Assembly: GCF_902652985.1 (NCBI RefSeq)
Contig: NC_047020.1
Location: 7,440,001 to 7,504,000 of the forward strand
Direction: 5' to 3'
Length of the DNA stretch: 64,000 bases
Origin: Pecten maximus
Taxonomy: Eukaryota
The position numbers were made by a program, and so were the translations under genes. This document shows positions 33,301-40,652 of this stretch, piece by piece. Under the pieces are notes generated by a model. It was not told where the DNA came from, did not search any database, and was given only the letters and a program-made list of their open reading frames with translations. How positions within the stretch are numbered: the stretch's first letter is position 1; every line of letters starts with the position of its first letter.

Positions 33301-34044
33301 TATGCATTACTTTCTATGTATTTTCTTTTGTATGGGCTACTCACTCTTTAGGTTTTTATGGTCTTGTCCAGGCTTTTAATTCCAGGGGAATTTATACCCC
33401 CAATAAATCGTTAACATATACATTATATTTCTTCAAGAATACTTAGAGTCAAGAAGTTTCTCTGTCTCCTCGCACAGAGTCAAACTTTTTCTCTTTTATA
33501 TTCTTTATACGCAAACACTAGAGTCAAGTTGCTTCTCCACTCTTCTGGGGAGTCAAGCTTCTTCTCTATGCTTAGCCATCTCTTAAAAGCATAAAGTCAA
33601 GTTGCTTCTCTGAAGTTCGGCAGGGTCAAGCTTCTTCTTTATGTAGTTTTATACTTATAATTAGAGTCAAGTCGCTTCTCTGGAGTTTCGACAGGGTCAA
33701 GCCTCTTCTCTATGTTTTTTACTTAGGTTGGTAATAGTATGTTATGTATGTAGCTATGTTTTGAGTGAGTAGCCCCTGATTGCCAAATTTTATGTTTTCT
33801 GTAGTAATAAACTGGTTAACTGTTGATTGCGTTTTTGTTGTATATAAACTGTGTTTTAATTGGTAAGTCATAAATACATAGACAAATAACAACGTAATTA
33901 AATAAGAGTTTTATATTAGATCAATTGATATATTGCAGGTTACTGGCTCCTCACATCAGTCGACTTCCCATGCCAGAGGATTACTGTCTTCAGGAACTAC
34001 GAGAACTCGTCAGGAGTCACATTATAGAGACAACAGTTACATGA
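251..34044 (+). CDS. NUP98: Nuclear pore complex protein Nup98-Nup96 precursor, 3' portion (autoproteolysis site plus Nup96), multi-exon gene span
   Basis: GT-AG exons join in phase except at one junction (near 17080). They give recognisable Nup98/96 motifs: VKHFTKYG, PASHRLA..MKASF, DAALFMGRSFRVGWGPNWTLAH, DWKRALALHLWY, FASQLESLGLWEWAVF, LLAPHISRLPMPEDY. The 5' part of the gene lies upstream of the window. Confidence 0.96.
835..1245. repeat. Degenerate ~75-bp tandem repeat
   Basis: Recurrent gcaaattttttctcaa.gagagtttatcgtgat.caaa.gagtgttatggacatttt. Confidence 0.7.
1281..1893. mobile_element. hAT-like MITE
   Basis: 8-bp TSD GTACTGTG (1273-1280, 1894-1901); TAGTG...CACTA termini; subterminal (c/a)tcgat motifs at both ends. 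Confidence 0.8.
2690..3395. repeat. 65/67-bp minisatellite
   Basis: Unit gattttagtattggtataacagaaacaagaagtaaaaacacagtatacca(gta/ttact)gtacttacacat. Confidence 0.95.
3527..5482. repeat. 43/41-bp minisatellite with 635-bp higher-order period
   Basis: Unit gatatctagtaaagatgattgataatgaaacagtaaacacatg; variant pattern recurs at 3768, 4403, 5038. Confidence 0.95.
6661..6889 (+). CDS. NUP98: Nup96 exon (low-complexity linker KPGQQKPG...EEYIDDM)
   Basis: tttcag acceptor, open frame, phase 0 in and phase 1 out fits neighbours. Confidence 0.75.
6895..7659. repeat. 29/36-bp minisatellite filling a whole intron
   Basis: Unit atttacaaagctgatctctggtacattgt. Confidence 0.95.
7668..7802 (+). CDS. NUP98: Nup96 exon (DEDLDD...PASHRLAASMGVSAHSMQMMKASFFG), copy 1
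   Basis: tgtag acceptor, gtaaga donor, conserved Nup96 N-terminal motif, phase 1-1. Confidence 0.88.
8130..8273 (+). CDS. NUP98: Nup96 exon (DRDKAIEKR...FREQQ), copy 1
   Basis: tacag acceptor, gtaaga donor, 144 bp, phase 1-1, open frame. Confidence 0.8.
8523..8657 (+). CDS. NUP98: Duplicate of exon 7668-7802 (copy 2)
   Basis: Near-identical copy at +855 bp with intact splice sites. Confidence 0.65.
8989..9132 (+). CDS. NUP98: Duplicate of exon 8130-8273 (copy 2)
   Basis: Near-identical copy (one synonymous cac/cat change), intact splice sites. Confidence 0.65.
10569..10871 (+). CDS. NUP98: Nup96 exon (…DAALFMGRSFRVGWGPNWTLAHCG…)
   Basis: Highly conserved Nup96 motif; AG/GT boundaries, phase 1-1. 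Confidence 0.93.
11593..11732 (+). CDS. NUP98: Nup96 exon (EKDVVGFSLL...EDTTVV)
   Basis: ttacag acceptor, gttagt donor, phases compatible. Confidence 0.8.
12242..12386 (+). CDS. NUP98: Nup96 exon (HNHEELLMIQLDHS...CPHFVPSPGVDALHQYA)
   Basis: Nup96-like CP.fVP..Gv.alh.Y motif; AG acceptor, gtaagg donor. Confidence 0.88.
12797..12892 (+). CDS. NUP98: Nup96 exon (…VFDLCVSLWGRLP…)
   Basis: LC.aLWG motif; ttacag acceptor, gtaggt donor. Confidence 0.88.
13060..15895. repeat. 63-bp minisatellite containing the acceptor and first bases of exon 15887; interrupted by a HINE
   Basis: Unit agagtgacattgaaatgctgttgtAG|atgatatagtaacatgagtgatcgagctggttatctt. Confidence 0.92.
13332..15414 (+). mobile_element. 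Non-autonomous Helentron-like element (HINE/DINE-1/pearl type) with internal tandem array
   Basis: 5' subTIR ggtcatctga plus local inverted repeat; (ccgt/gcgcc) microsatellite; ~140/186-bp internal repeats (326-bp period); 3' subTIR tcagatgacc; terminal hairpin aggccc...gggcct; host 63-bp unit resumes after it. Confidence 0.85.
15887..16002 (+). CDS. NUP98: Nup96 exon (…DRREALSQWLMDT…)
   Basis: RRealS.WL motif; ttgtag acceptor, gtgagt donor. Confidence 0.88.
16367..16546 (+). CDS. NUP98: Nup96 exon (…LSGNQISEACSLAQSSSDHRLALTLAQ…)
   Basis: Conserved EAC.LAQ.sgDHRLAL motif; cttcag acceptor, gtgagt donor. Confidence 0.93.
16585..16821. mobile_element. Degenerate PIF/Harbinger-like MITE
   Basis: tta|ggcctgaaaaa...gtttctg at left, cagaaaca...ttttttt at right; right end decayed. 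Confidence 0.4.
17080..17217 (+). CDS. NUP98: Nup96 exon (GYLDPVRQKIYSLMAG...DWKRALALHLW); 5' boundary out of phase by 1 nt
   Basis: Conserved DWKR...HLW motif; acceptor ambiguous (AG ending 17079 or 17087). Confidence 0.85.
17514..17789 (+). CDS. NUP98: Nup96 exon (YLCPPSCPI...PLPPYLE...DTCYHLLKLYS...LDYRL)
   Basis: Conserved Nup96 domain motifs; tacag acceptor, gtaagc donor. Confidence 0.93.
17766..18312. repeat. ~41-43-bp minisatellite made of the exon 3' end plus 5' splice site
   Basis: Unit agtcacctggactacaggctcAG|GTAAGctcctctctatat. Confidence 0.93.
18483..20234. repeat. 32/33-bp minisatellite split by an insertion at 18882-20043
   Basis: Unit gtgtattgtttgacAG|GTaatgttaaaaagcat; ends just before the acceptor of exon 20246. 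Confidence 0.93.
18882..20043 (-). mobile_element. Solo A-spacer-B relic of a Ngaro-like YR retrotransposon (non-coding)
   Basis: Minus strand starts atgatattttg and ends ttgtgtataaa, like the full element (atgataatttg ... ttgtatataaa). Shares collinear motifs (gtttgta.acaaca, gaccaat, C-rich ccaccatcc, ttttaa.t.c.ggggaattt...ccccc, gag.agcccct...tgccaaa, aataaa). Precise insertion in the host repeat. Confidence 0.8.
20246..20401 (+). CDS. NUP98: Nup96 exon (SWHLHQSL...FASQLESLGLWEWAVFAVLHI)
   Basis: Conserved motif; ttacag acceptor, gtaagt donor. Confidence 0.93.
20614..20743 (+). CDS. NUP98: Nup96 exon (RESAVRELLLRH...VPAEWIHFAK)
   Basis: Conserved motif; tttag acceptor, gtaagg donor. Confidence 0.92.
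21065..21188 (+). CDS. NUP98: Nup96 exon (AMRAR...HWNDSHRVVLNHIASDAIIS)
   Basis: Conserved hW...H....hlASDAII motif; atag acceptor, gtaggt donor. Confidence 0.92.
21149..21665. repeat. 78/69-bp minisatellite (7 copies) made of the last 40 nt of the exon plus donor
   Basis: Unit gtggtactgaa.cac....tcagatgctatcatcagtG|GTAGGtttggg... Confidence 0.93.
22351..22508 (+). CDS. NUP98: Nup96 exon (ENHDYLRKFLAEL...DWSRGGHVFMDYI)
   Basis: Conserved motif; tttcag acceptor, gtaagt donor. Confidence 0.92.
22580..23119. mobile_element. PIF/Harbinger-like MITE
   Basis: ~30-bp imperfect TIR ggccata.aaa.t.aatt..ttggttct.agg; flanks tga/taa. Confidence 0.7.
23357..23451 (+). CDS. NUP98: Nup96 exon (QRSNVHLEGLHSDVMSLCSRV...KDR)
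   Basis: LE.Lh..v.SLCSR motif; ttgtag acceptor, gtatgg donor. Confidence 0.88.
23507..23566 (+). mobile_element. 5'-truncated retroposon tail (SINE/LINE 3' end)
   Basis: 12-bp TSD ttaaatatacac (23495-23506, 23567-23578); tail ggacgtaaaacccat(aaat)n. Confidence 0.7.
24197..24289 (+). CDS. NUP98: Nup96 exon (LCQSEMSKKCAYLLRT…)
   Basis: L.QSeMaK motif; ctcag acceptor, gtcagt donor. Confidence 0.88.
24782..25134. mobile_element. 353-bp non-coding insertion with long terminal hairpin, copy 1
   Basis: ~70-bp inverted arms around ccgtgaagcgg; second inverted pair tataatttaattt/aaattaaattata; ttat duplicated at ends. Confidence 0.75.
25435..25787. mobile_element. 353-bp hairpin insertion, copy 2
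   Basis: No difference from copy 1 seen by eye; offset 653 bp = 353 + 6 x 50. Confidence 0.75.
27337..27450. mobile_element. Possible Tc1/pogo-type MITE end fragment
   Basis: ta|cagtggaact...aactcgaa motifs; only one end seen. Confidence 0.35.
27466..27832 (+). repeat. Split direct repeat A1
   Basis: 367 bp, matches 32839-33205; contains CCAAT at 27738. Confidence 0.93.
28235..29593 (+). CDS. Gag-like ORF1 (N-terminal helix-extension-helix-like segment; C-terminal CCHC/CCCH zinc fingers)
   Basis: First ATG at 28235 in the open frame; CEVCCSTLHQTSFC and CNNYN...C...C...HHVCLNCKSGHPKFAC. Confidence 0.88.
   Translation: MGPKRRNNRPTPYDPDLLENWTLSRLREELNRLNEPFRSNEKRMVLVKKLRDARASSARSHNAPRQDGDRGSVVNVNSQQTSNTDSNHTRTLIDLVSSLADSVTKLQDSYVRLERRVSNRTNDDTTAVNQTTGPERTLTRNAPAAAAGSDVQIATDNVRGTPTEPTFLVPPTEYTLETAYRSFNLANTGQSQGEQILKRTRFGFAAESMPLVETVSPSLRQQIISGKDVNLAALLIPYFCGQSDPGAHTSEKPDVRLNRTLTLSEFILAFGVYKHVMCTAHPSRHIELDLYERDIVDMGTRYAFGFYEYHKQFSLRAAAHLRFNNTPIDWSIRDNTLFCNIFANQRPVTCEVCCSTLHQTSFCPTPTDQRPGQFQKNTGTQRISTNKSSATLDSKGRKKEYHEGREICNNYNGSDGCSRPVCYYHHVCLNCKSGHPKFACPLELTRPPTRKK
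29551..31203 (+). CDS. Reverse transcriptase + RNase H (DIRS/Ngaro type)
   Basis: RLIVDLS, KTDITDAF, FGSRSSP, HLLDDF, LEYLG; RNase H FTDA, ELYPI, HCDN, NVADAISR; overlaps gag in the -1 frame, no ATG at start. Confidence 0.95.
   Translation: MPFRVNQASYSQEIAVSHSLVITPIDIPALTYELRNHPDRSFVQLLIDGLTYGFDTGFQTLPNRSVICKNLRSALDDPVCVTDLVQKELDKGYLLGPFDSIPFTNYRINPIGLAEHKYSKKKRLIVDLSAPHDDSDNPSLNSLIDKTTCSLHYVTIDDAIQLIKSLGKNAWLMKTDITDAFKLLPIKPELWPYHGIQWNNKFYFFTRLVFGSRSSPKLFDNLSRAVCWIARNNYNLLNILHLLDDFLVIESASVNATVTMERLLSVFSKLRIPLGAHKTVGPCTSLEYLGVILDSVTSEVRLPLEKIARISTIVDSFKWRKSCTKRELLSLLGHMIFACRCIRPGRSFVSHLIKLSTTVEKLHYHVKLTDDCRADLDMWSHFLRQWNGVSFFLDDHITNSADLHLFTDATLDSFGGIYLNQWFQGFFPQSLKNTDPSMALFELYPIVMACVLWGHQWSKKRILFHCDNLATVEIISKGRSKVKSIMGLMRKLTYHSAINNYVIHAIHIPGKLNNVADAISRFQMQRFRQLAPKADAFPIPCLQMSALMMN
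31212..32180 (+). CDS. Tyrosine recombinase
   Basis: Catalytic residues GFLRCGE (R), SKTD (K), HSFR (H,R), GRW, YVRY (Y); frame is open from 31092. Confidence 0.95.
   Translation: MDKLWNCALSERTLATYRSGLKCFQTFILLQGIAFPVNSLPPVSEDLLIRFVTYCHTALSLKFDTIKLYLAGVRFFYIRYNFGDPLTYTTRLSYILRAIKKNRVGDTYKRFPITCDVLTKLCWVLSSTSGVFEPFIDQMLICVFKTAFYGFLRCGEFTCSKRQDHNFIRFRDINVLPDKSCFHLCLRSSKTDPFGKGVVIKIFENGSLAPVSTMQNYLQMRLLQGANPDSPLFVDNALSSKPLLRCTFISYLKDTLTRVGVDNRDYNGHSFRIGAATSAAAAGVEDHVIQTLGRWSSDCYVRYIRIDPSIVALAQMNMTITK
32361..32838 (+). repeat. Split direct repeat B1
   Basis: 478 bp, matches 33371-33848; directly abuts A2. Confidence 0.93.
32839..33205 (+). repeat. Split direct repeat A2
   Basis: Copy of A1. 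Confidence 0.93.
33371..33848 (+). repeat. Split direct repeat B2
   Basis: Copy of B1; AATAAA at 33806. Confidence 0.93.
33939..34044 (+). CDS. NUP98: Nup96 terminal exon (LLAPHISRLPMPEDYCLQELRELVRSHIIETTVT*)
   Basis: Conserved C-terminal motif; ttgcag acceptor; TGA 34042-34044; AATAAA near 34393. Confidence 0.93.
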
Positions 34045-35825
34045 TAGTGTCTATAGCTTTTTTTAAAAAAAAGGATTTTTTCAGACTTCGAAATAAGTGA
34101 CAATTATGTTTTTGGTGATTATGTATTGATGATCATCAGCTACTATTGTATTTCGTTTGGGAAATGAAACCTTAAACAGTATAATATGTGATGAAATATC
34201 TTGTGGAATTATATTCCTTTATACACATAATTGGACAGGATACTGAGGAAGTTAAAATTTTGGTAAACTGTGAACATTGTGTAAGACAGTGATAAAGTTG
34301 GTGTCATTATTGACTGATAACTGGTCATACTAACGTGGAAACTGGACTGGAAATATGATATGTACGGTCATTTAATTTGTGGTTATATGTTTAATAAATT
34401 AGGCCTAAAAAGCCTTTAAAATATACCTTATATAAAGGGTCATTCCAGGTTAGAGTACATGTATATTGAAGAAGAGATGAGAGACATTCCTAATTGATGG
34501 TTTATACGCAACAAATCTAGAGGACCCGAGTTTTAGCTACTATCCTGTAATATTGACATAGATTCCTAGATCATGTACTCATCTTTTATACTTAACACAC
34601 ATCAACCTTATCAGCCTGAACTACTACATTTATTTGGCTGTCTTGGGGGCTACTAGACTCCATCAACTCATCCTTGATTATGGATTAATAGTATCTCGAC
34701 TAGATTTAGCCTAAATTGATCTGTAGTCTTATGTTGGGAGGTTCCATAGTCCAGGTTGGGACCTTTGGTCCTAGAGCTCATGTTGGGATTGAAGATCCTT
34801 TATCCTCCGGTCTGGGAGCCTATGTTGGTTAGTATACGAATGGTCAGGTTTTGTATATTAGGCACTGACAGCTTGTTATATAGGTAATTGCGGGAAATAC
34901 ATTATGCTATTAAATTGTCGGCACTCAAAAGACTACTTTAAAAAATCGACTTCATGTTTGTAATTCAAGAAATATACCTTGTACATGCTGAAAAATATGG
35001 TACAGTGCTTTGTGCGGACCTCTTCAGTTACCAGCTCTAGGAAGCTAAACACAGATACAGAAACAATCTTTAGTATGCATGGACTCTCAAGGATATGTAA
35101 ACATTACACAAAGTCGTTACATCTAAATTAAAATGTTTCTTGGGATCAGAACAAACACACAGAATATTTCTTGTGAACACATATTCACTTTCAAAAACAT
35201 CACCTCTTACACCAGTATGAAATACATTTGAAAAGAAATTGTAATTTAACTTGATCCTTTATTGTTGATTTGATATCAGTTGAAAATGTGACTTTTCAAA
35301 ATGAGATTATGAGGAAATAACTTTGTAAAGACTTTCAAAATGCTGACCATTCTGGTATTGATCTGTATACTGTTTACTGGTACTGTGGTATTGTGGTGCC
35401 ACCTCGCACTCCAGTGCGGTTTGTACGAGTTTTTAATTTATATCACGATAGACATACTTGGAAGTTCCTTGTAGCCTACTTCTGTATTTCATCTACTCTA
35501 AAATGATTTCCTTCATGATAGTGTTTTCATTCATAGATCATTGCATATCATTTTATTGTCAAGTTTTTCCTGCGATAACTGGGAACTGGACACATTCTTT
35601 GTGTGTGTAACTATTGTGTATAACTGATGTATCTTATTGTCTGAAAATTAAAAAAGCTCACTTTATCAAAGTATTTCTGAGACTTGTTTGTTCAACTGGC
35701 TGTACCAAATCAGGTGTAGTGAAGTTCTCCACATCCATATTTATGCCTGTACTATTTTGGAACTGATAAAAATAACAAAATGGTTGACAGGAAGCCATCT
35801 TGAAATTTCACAGTTGAATTTTATT

Positions 35826-36336
35826 TTTAGCTAACCTGGCCAGAAGAGCTGGTGAGCTTATGCCATGACACATTGTCAACATTTGCTTCAAATTGCTACT
35901 TGTCAAAAAGTCATGAATGGATTTTAACCAAATTTTGTCAGGAAGGTCCTTCGGGGTAGGGGAAGACATTTTGCATAAATGGTGACTGTAACCCCCTTTG
36001 GCCAGAGGGGCGGGGCCCAATAAGGGAAATAGAGGCAATTCCTTAAAATCACTTCTTGTAAAAAAAAGTTCTGAATGAATTTGAACCAAATTTGGTCAGA
36101 AATATCCTTAGGGGAACGGGAACAGATTTTGCATAAATGGTGAGGGCCAGAGAGAGGGGGCCTTGGAGGGTAAAAACTCCTTGAAGAATGACAGGATTTG
36201 GTCCGTGTTTGGTTTACACTGTAGTTGGAAGAAGCAGCAAAAAAGGCAGAAAAATAATTGTAATGTAACTTAAAATATTATTGCCAAGATTACTGAAATA
36301 TCCAGGTGAGTGATGCAGGCCCTCTGGGCCTCTTGT
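35826..36336 (+). mobile_element. HINE (non-autonomous Helentron-like), second family
   Basis: tttagctaacctg...ggtgagct 5' end; 3' caggtgag subTIR and aggccc...gggcct hairpin followed by cttgtt. Confidence 0.72.
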
Positions 36337-37097
36337 TATCATTTATTGAGATGTAATAAATGGGTATTTTTCTGAAACTTAATGTGTATGTTCCTCTTGG
36401 TCCTTAGTTGTACATATTCAGTTTTGAAACTGAATGGAAAAAGCAAAATGGCTAATTGTGGCCATCTTTAATTTGATTACAACCGTTTAAAACATGTTTC
36501 TCTATTACTCGGGAAGTATTTCATTTTCCTTAAATTTCATCATAGTGATTAGTCCCTTTTTGTACATGTTTAATTTTGAGACTGATCAATAAAAACCAAA
36601 ATATTGGATTTTGATGGCTACATGGAAAGTGTTTTCCTTATTAGTAGGTTCTTCTTTATCTCAAGTAGTGTATGTTCAATGATCAGAACAAAAGTGATAT
36701 GACAAAAGTCAATTGTACAGGCAAGGATAGAAAAGATGAAAGAAGTACAGAATTTATCAAACATGCAAAGAACCAGTGAAGGTTATACAGTGTTTGGGCC
36801 CAAAGATCCCTCAAGGATCTCTTGTTAAGCCTTCTTACAGGTAATGTTTCGTCTATTGAAACTGTTGACAAGTTTTAAAAAAAGGTTTATGGGATTTGTA
36901 AGAAGAAACTTTAAGAGAATGTGCAGGAACTCAATCTGACAAAGTGTTAAATTTTCCAGAGAGAATGTGCAGGAACTCAATCTGACAAAGTGTTAAATTA
37001 GTTCAGACACTGTTGGAACATGTTCAATAATGTTAGATCAATCTATTTGTAAATAAAATGCATCTCGGCATTCTGAAACTTAGCAGGAATGGGGGGG

Positions 37098-37136
<39 letters not shown>

Positions 37137-37829
37137 ATATAGTGTAGTATAGTATGGCACTGCTAAAACAAAGGTGGTGTTTGTTTTTGGGGAAAAAACA
37201 ATGACCGCCATTTTCTTTCCTCTGATTGGTCGAAATTTAAATATTGTCCGATTTTGATGAAATTTGGTATATATGTTCAAGGTGGACCACTTCACTTTTC
37301 AAACTTGGTTTCACATTCGTAAGAAAATTGCCACTGTTTAATGGCTTCTGATTGGTCAAAATTGACATATCTTTCAATTTCAATGAAAATTGGTTTAAGG
37401 GTATTACGGGACTTTGAATTCAACCGAATGGGTTTCGTTGCCACGGAGACCACAGTCATTCGCGTCTTCGAGAATATGGAAGGTGTTTGGGGGACTTCTG
37501 TAATGGTTTTCCATTACTATAAGTCCTTGTCGTATACCTTATGTAAATGCAATGGGATTTCAATTAAACTTACCAGCAATAATCCCTATACATTGTAGAT
37601 GTTGGTAATCAATAACACCTGAAAGAATTTGCCTCTTTGTTTCTTAAAGCTAAATTGACCCCAACCCTGTGTTACAAGACTACAATTAATTTCATTATTA
37701 CGACAGTTCTAGTTTGTGTATATTTCTACTAATGTATACATTTTATAACTAAACACAGTACTACCCATTGCCTTTTAAGTTTTATCTAAATATGTTTAAA
37801 TATGATACCAATATCATTTTATACAAAAA

Positions 37830-39230
37830 TACAGATATTTCTGTTTTAAATGCATATACAGATCTCTCTATCTCATACATAAATGAAGATATCTATTTGA
37901 TACATAAATACAGATATCTCTATATTACATGAATACAGATCTCTCTATTTTAAACATGAATACAGATTTCTATTTTACATAAATACAGATCTCTCCATTT
38001 TAAACATAAATACAGATCTCTATATTACATAAATACAGATCTCTCTATATTACATGAATACAGATCTCTCTATATTACATAAATACAGATTTCTATTTTA
38101 CATGAATACAGATCTCTCTATTTTAAACATAAATACAGATCTCTCCATTTTAAACATAAATACAGATTTCTATTTTACATGAATACAGATCTCTCTATTT
38201 TAAACATGAATACAGATTTCTATTTTACATGAATACAGATCTCTCTATTTTACATGAATACAGATTTCTATTTTACATAAATACAGATCTCTCCATTTTA
38301 AACATAAATACAGATCTCTCTATATTACATAAATACAGATCTCTCTATATTACATGAATACAGATCTCTCTATTTTAAACATAAATACAGATTTCTATTT
38401 TACATGAATACAGATCTCTCTATTTTAAACATAAATACAGATTTCTATTTTACATGAATACAGATATCTCCATTTTAAACATAAATACAGATTTCTATTT
38501 TACATAAATACAGATCTCTCCATTTTAAACATAAATACAGATTTCTATTTTACATGAATACAGATCTCTCTATTTTAAACATAAATACAGATCTCTCTAT
38601 TTTAAACATGAATACAGATCTCTCTATTTTAAACATAAATACAGATCTCTCTATATTACATAAATACAGATTTCTCTATTTTAAACATGAATACAGATTT
38701 CTATTTTACATGAATACAGATCTCTCTATTTTAAACATAAATACAGATCTCTCCATTTTAAACATAAATACAGATCTCTCTATTTTGAACATGAATACAG
38801 ATCTCTCTATTTTAAACATAAATACAGATCTCTCTATATTACATAAATACAGATCTCTCTATTTTAAACATAAATACAGATTTCTATTTTACATGAATAC
38901 AGATCTCTCTATTTTAAACATAAATACAGATCTCTCTATTTTAAACATAAATACAGATTTCTATTTTACATGAATACAGATCTCTCTATTTTAAACATAA
39001 ATACAGATTTCTATTTTACATGAATACAGATCTCTCTATTTTAAACATAAATACAGATCTATCTATTTTTAACATGAATACAGATCTCTCTATTTTAAAC
39101 ATGAATACAGATCTCTCTATCTCATACATAAATGAAGATATATCTTATACATCAATACAACTATCTTTATTTCATACATGAATACAGATATCTGTAATTA
39201 AATGTCAGATATCTCCAATTCAAATACAGA
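37830..39230. repeat. 23-27-bp satellite array
   Basis: Units aaatacagatctctctattttaaacat / gaatacagatttctattttacat. Confidence 0.93.
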
Positions 39231-39368
39231 TATTGAAATTAAATGGGTAAAAAACCCAAATGGCTTCAGTTGCCATTCTTATTCAAGCAGTCAAAGACCC
39301 TTCAGAGCTTATGTTATTTGTTTTTATGCCCACAGATTTTGAATAGAATTTATTAGGTCACCTGAGAC

Positions 39369-40079
39369 CAGAGACATATAGAGAGAGATAAGTAACATCG
39401 CTATTTTCCCGTACAAGTGGTGGCTCCCTTTATTCGTGACCACTCAAGCATATCCCTTATCGAGAGCGCCTTGTCCCCTATCAAACACACGCGAGCACAG
39501 GTAAATCGCGCTTTGCGCATGTGTGTATCGATGTACTGGAACTTATTCAACATGTTCTGGTTAATCCGCCATTACGTCGGACCAAAACATCGTCAATTTT
39601 AAATACACAAAAAGCACATCGTTTTATTTAGGCCACTACAAAAGTTACTACATAATCCAAAAACTATCATACTTATGGGATATGGTCTTGTTTATCATGT
39701 ACATTGTTATCATTTATCCGTATTTTCAAAAACCCCATAGGGACTCTTCGAAAATTGGAGATTCCCGCCGATCTTCCCTGTGGTGTGCTCGACTTTCATA
39801 CTCAAAATACAAACACTTTGACAGTAAATTGTGATATATTTCATATTGATGACACTTCTGCACTTTGATATTAATAAAATTAAAGCACATCATTGGATCT
39901 TGGTGATGATTTCAAATAGAAATTATCGATAATTATGTGTCTGGTTTTCAAGTTTTCTCCAATATGGCGTCAGGAGAAGACTGAACCGAGCGACCGCAAA
40001 GGATTGTGGCAAGGTCAGGGGCCACCACGTAGACATAAGGGGAAATAGAGAGCTGCCAATCTCTCTATATATGTCACTG
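39369..40079. mobile_element. MITE with CAGAGACATATA TIR and 7-bp TSD
   Basis: TSD ctgagac (39362-39368, 40080-40086); TIR cagagacatatagagag / ctctctatatatgtcactg. Confidence 0.82.
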
Positions 40080-40431
40080 CTGAGACGAAGCTCAGTTGAC
40101 TTATTGCTATTGTCTGGCGTCGTGCGTCGTAAACAATTTACTTTTTCAACTTCTTCACAATTACCAACAGGCCCAGAGACCAGATATTGGGTCTGCAGCA
40201 TGCTGGGATGAAGGGCTATCAAGTTTGTTCAAATAGATGACCTTGACCTTCATTCAAGGTCACAGGGGTCAAATGTGCTTAAATCTTTAAACTTCTTGAT
40301 AACCAAAAGGCTCACAAACCCAATATTATGTCTGTAGCATGCTTGGATAAAGAGTTACCAAGTTTGGTCAAATGGATGACCTTGACCTTGATTCAAGGTC
40401 ACGGGTCAATTATGCTTAAATTTTTAAACGA

Positions 40432-40652
40432 TTTTGGTTTGGTTTATTTTGTTTAACGTCCTATTAACAGCCAGTATCATATAAGGACGTGCCAGGTGTT
40501 GGAAGGTGGAGGAAAGCGGAGTACCCGGAGAAAAACCACCGACCCACAGTCACTACCTGGCATCTGCCCCAAGTAGGTTTCGAACTCGCAACCCAGAGAT
40601 GGAGGGCTAGTGATAAAGTGTCGGGACACCTTAACCACTCGGCCACCGCAGC
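40432..40652 (-). mobile_element. tRNA-derived SINE with V-domain-like core
   Basis: Minus strand: A box TGGCCGAGTGG, B box GAGTTCGAAAC, core ttttctccgggtactccgctttcctccac, tail ggacgttaaac(aaacc)n; acga flanks both ends. Confidence 0.85.

Larger units (their letters stand above)
27466..33848 (+). mobile_element. Full-length Ngaro/PAT-type DIRS (tyrosine recombinase) retrotransposon with split direct repeats
   Basis: A1 27466-27832, gag, RT/RNase H, YR, B1 32361-32838, A2 32839-33205, B2 33371-33848; no TSD; host repeat rejoins as aaataga|ctgt. Confidence 0.95.

Noticed and set aside
27466-33848. Prokaryotic integrative element or retron (phage-integrase-like ORF plus RT)
   Set aside because: The gag-RT/RNase H-YR order and split direct repeats inside a spliceosomal intron are diagnostic of a eukaryotic DIRS-order retrotransposon
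36914-37000. Two-copy ~45-bp direct repeat
   Set aside because: Simple local duplication with no TE or regulatory hallmark
37091-37134. 44-nt poly-G tract as a functional G-quadruplex
   Set aside because: Homopolymer at the edge of a decayed repeat; length unreliable and no supporting context
40560-40652. tRNA gene
   Set aside because: A/B boxes are followed by a V-like core and simple tail, so it is a SINE head; no complete cloverleaf seen
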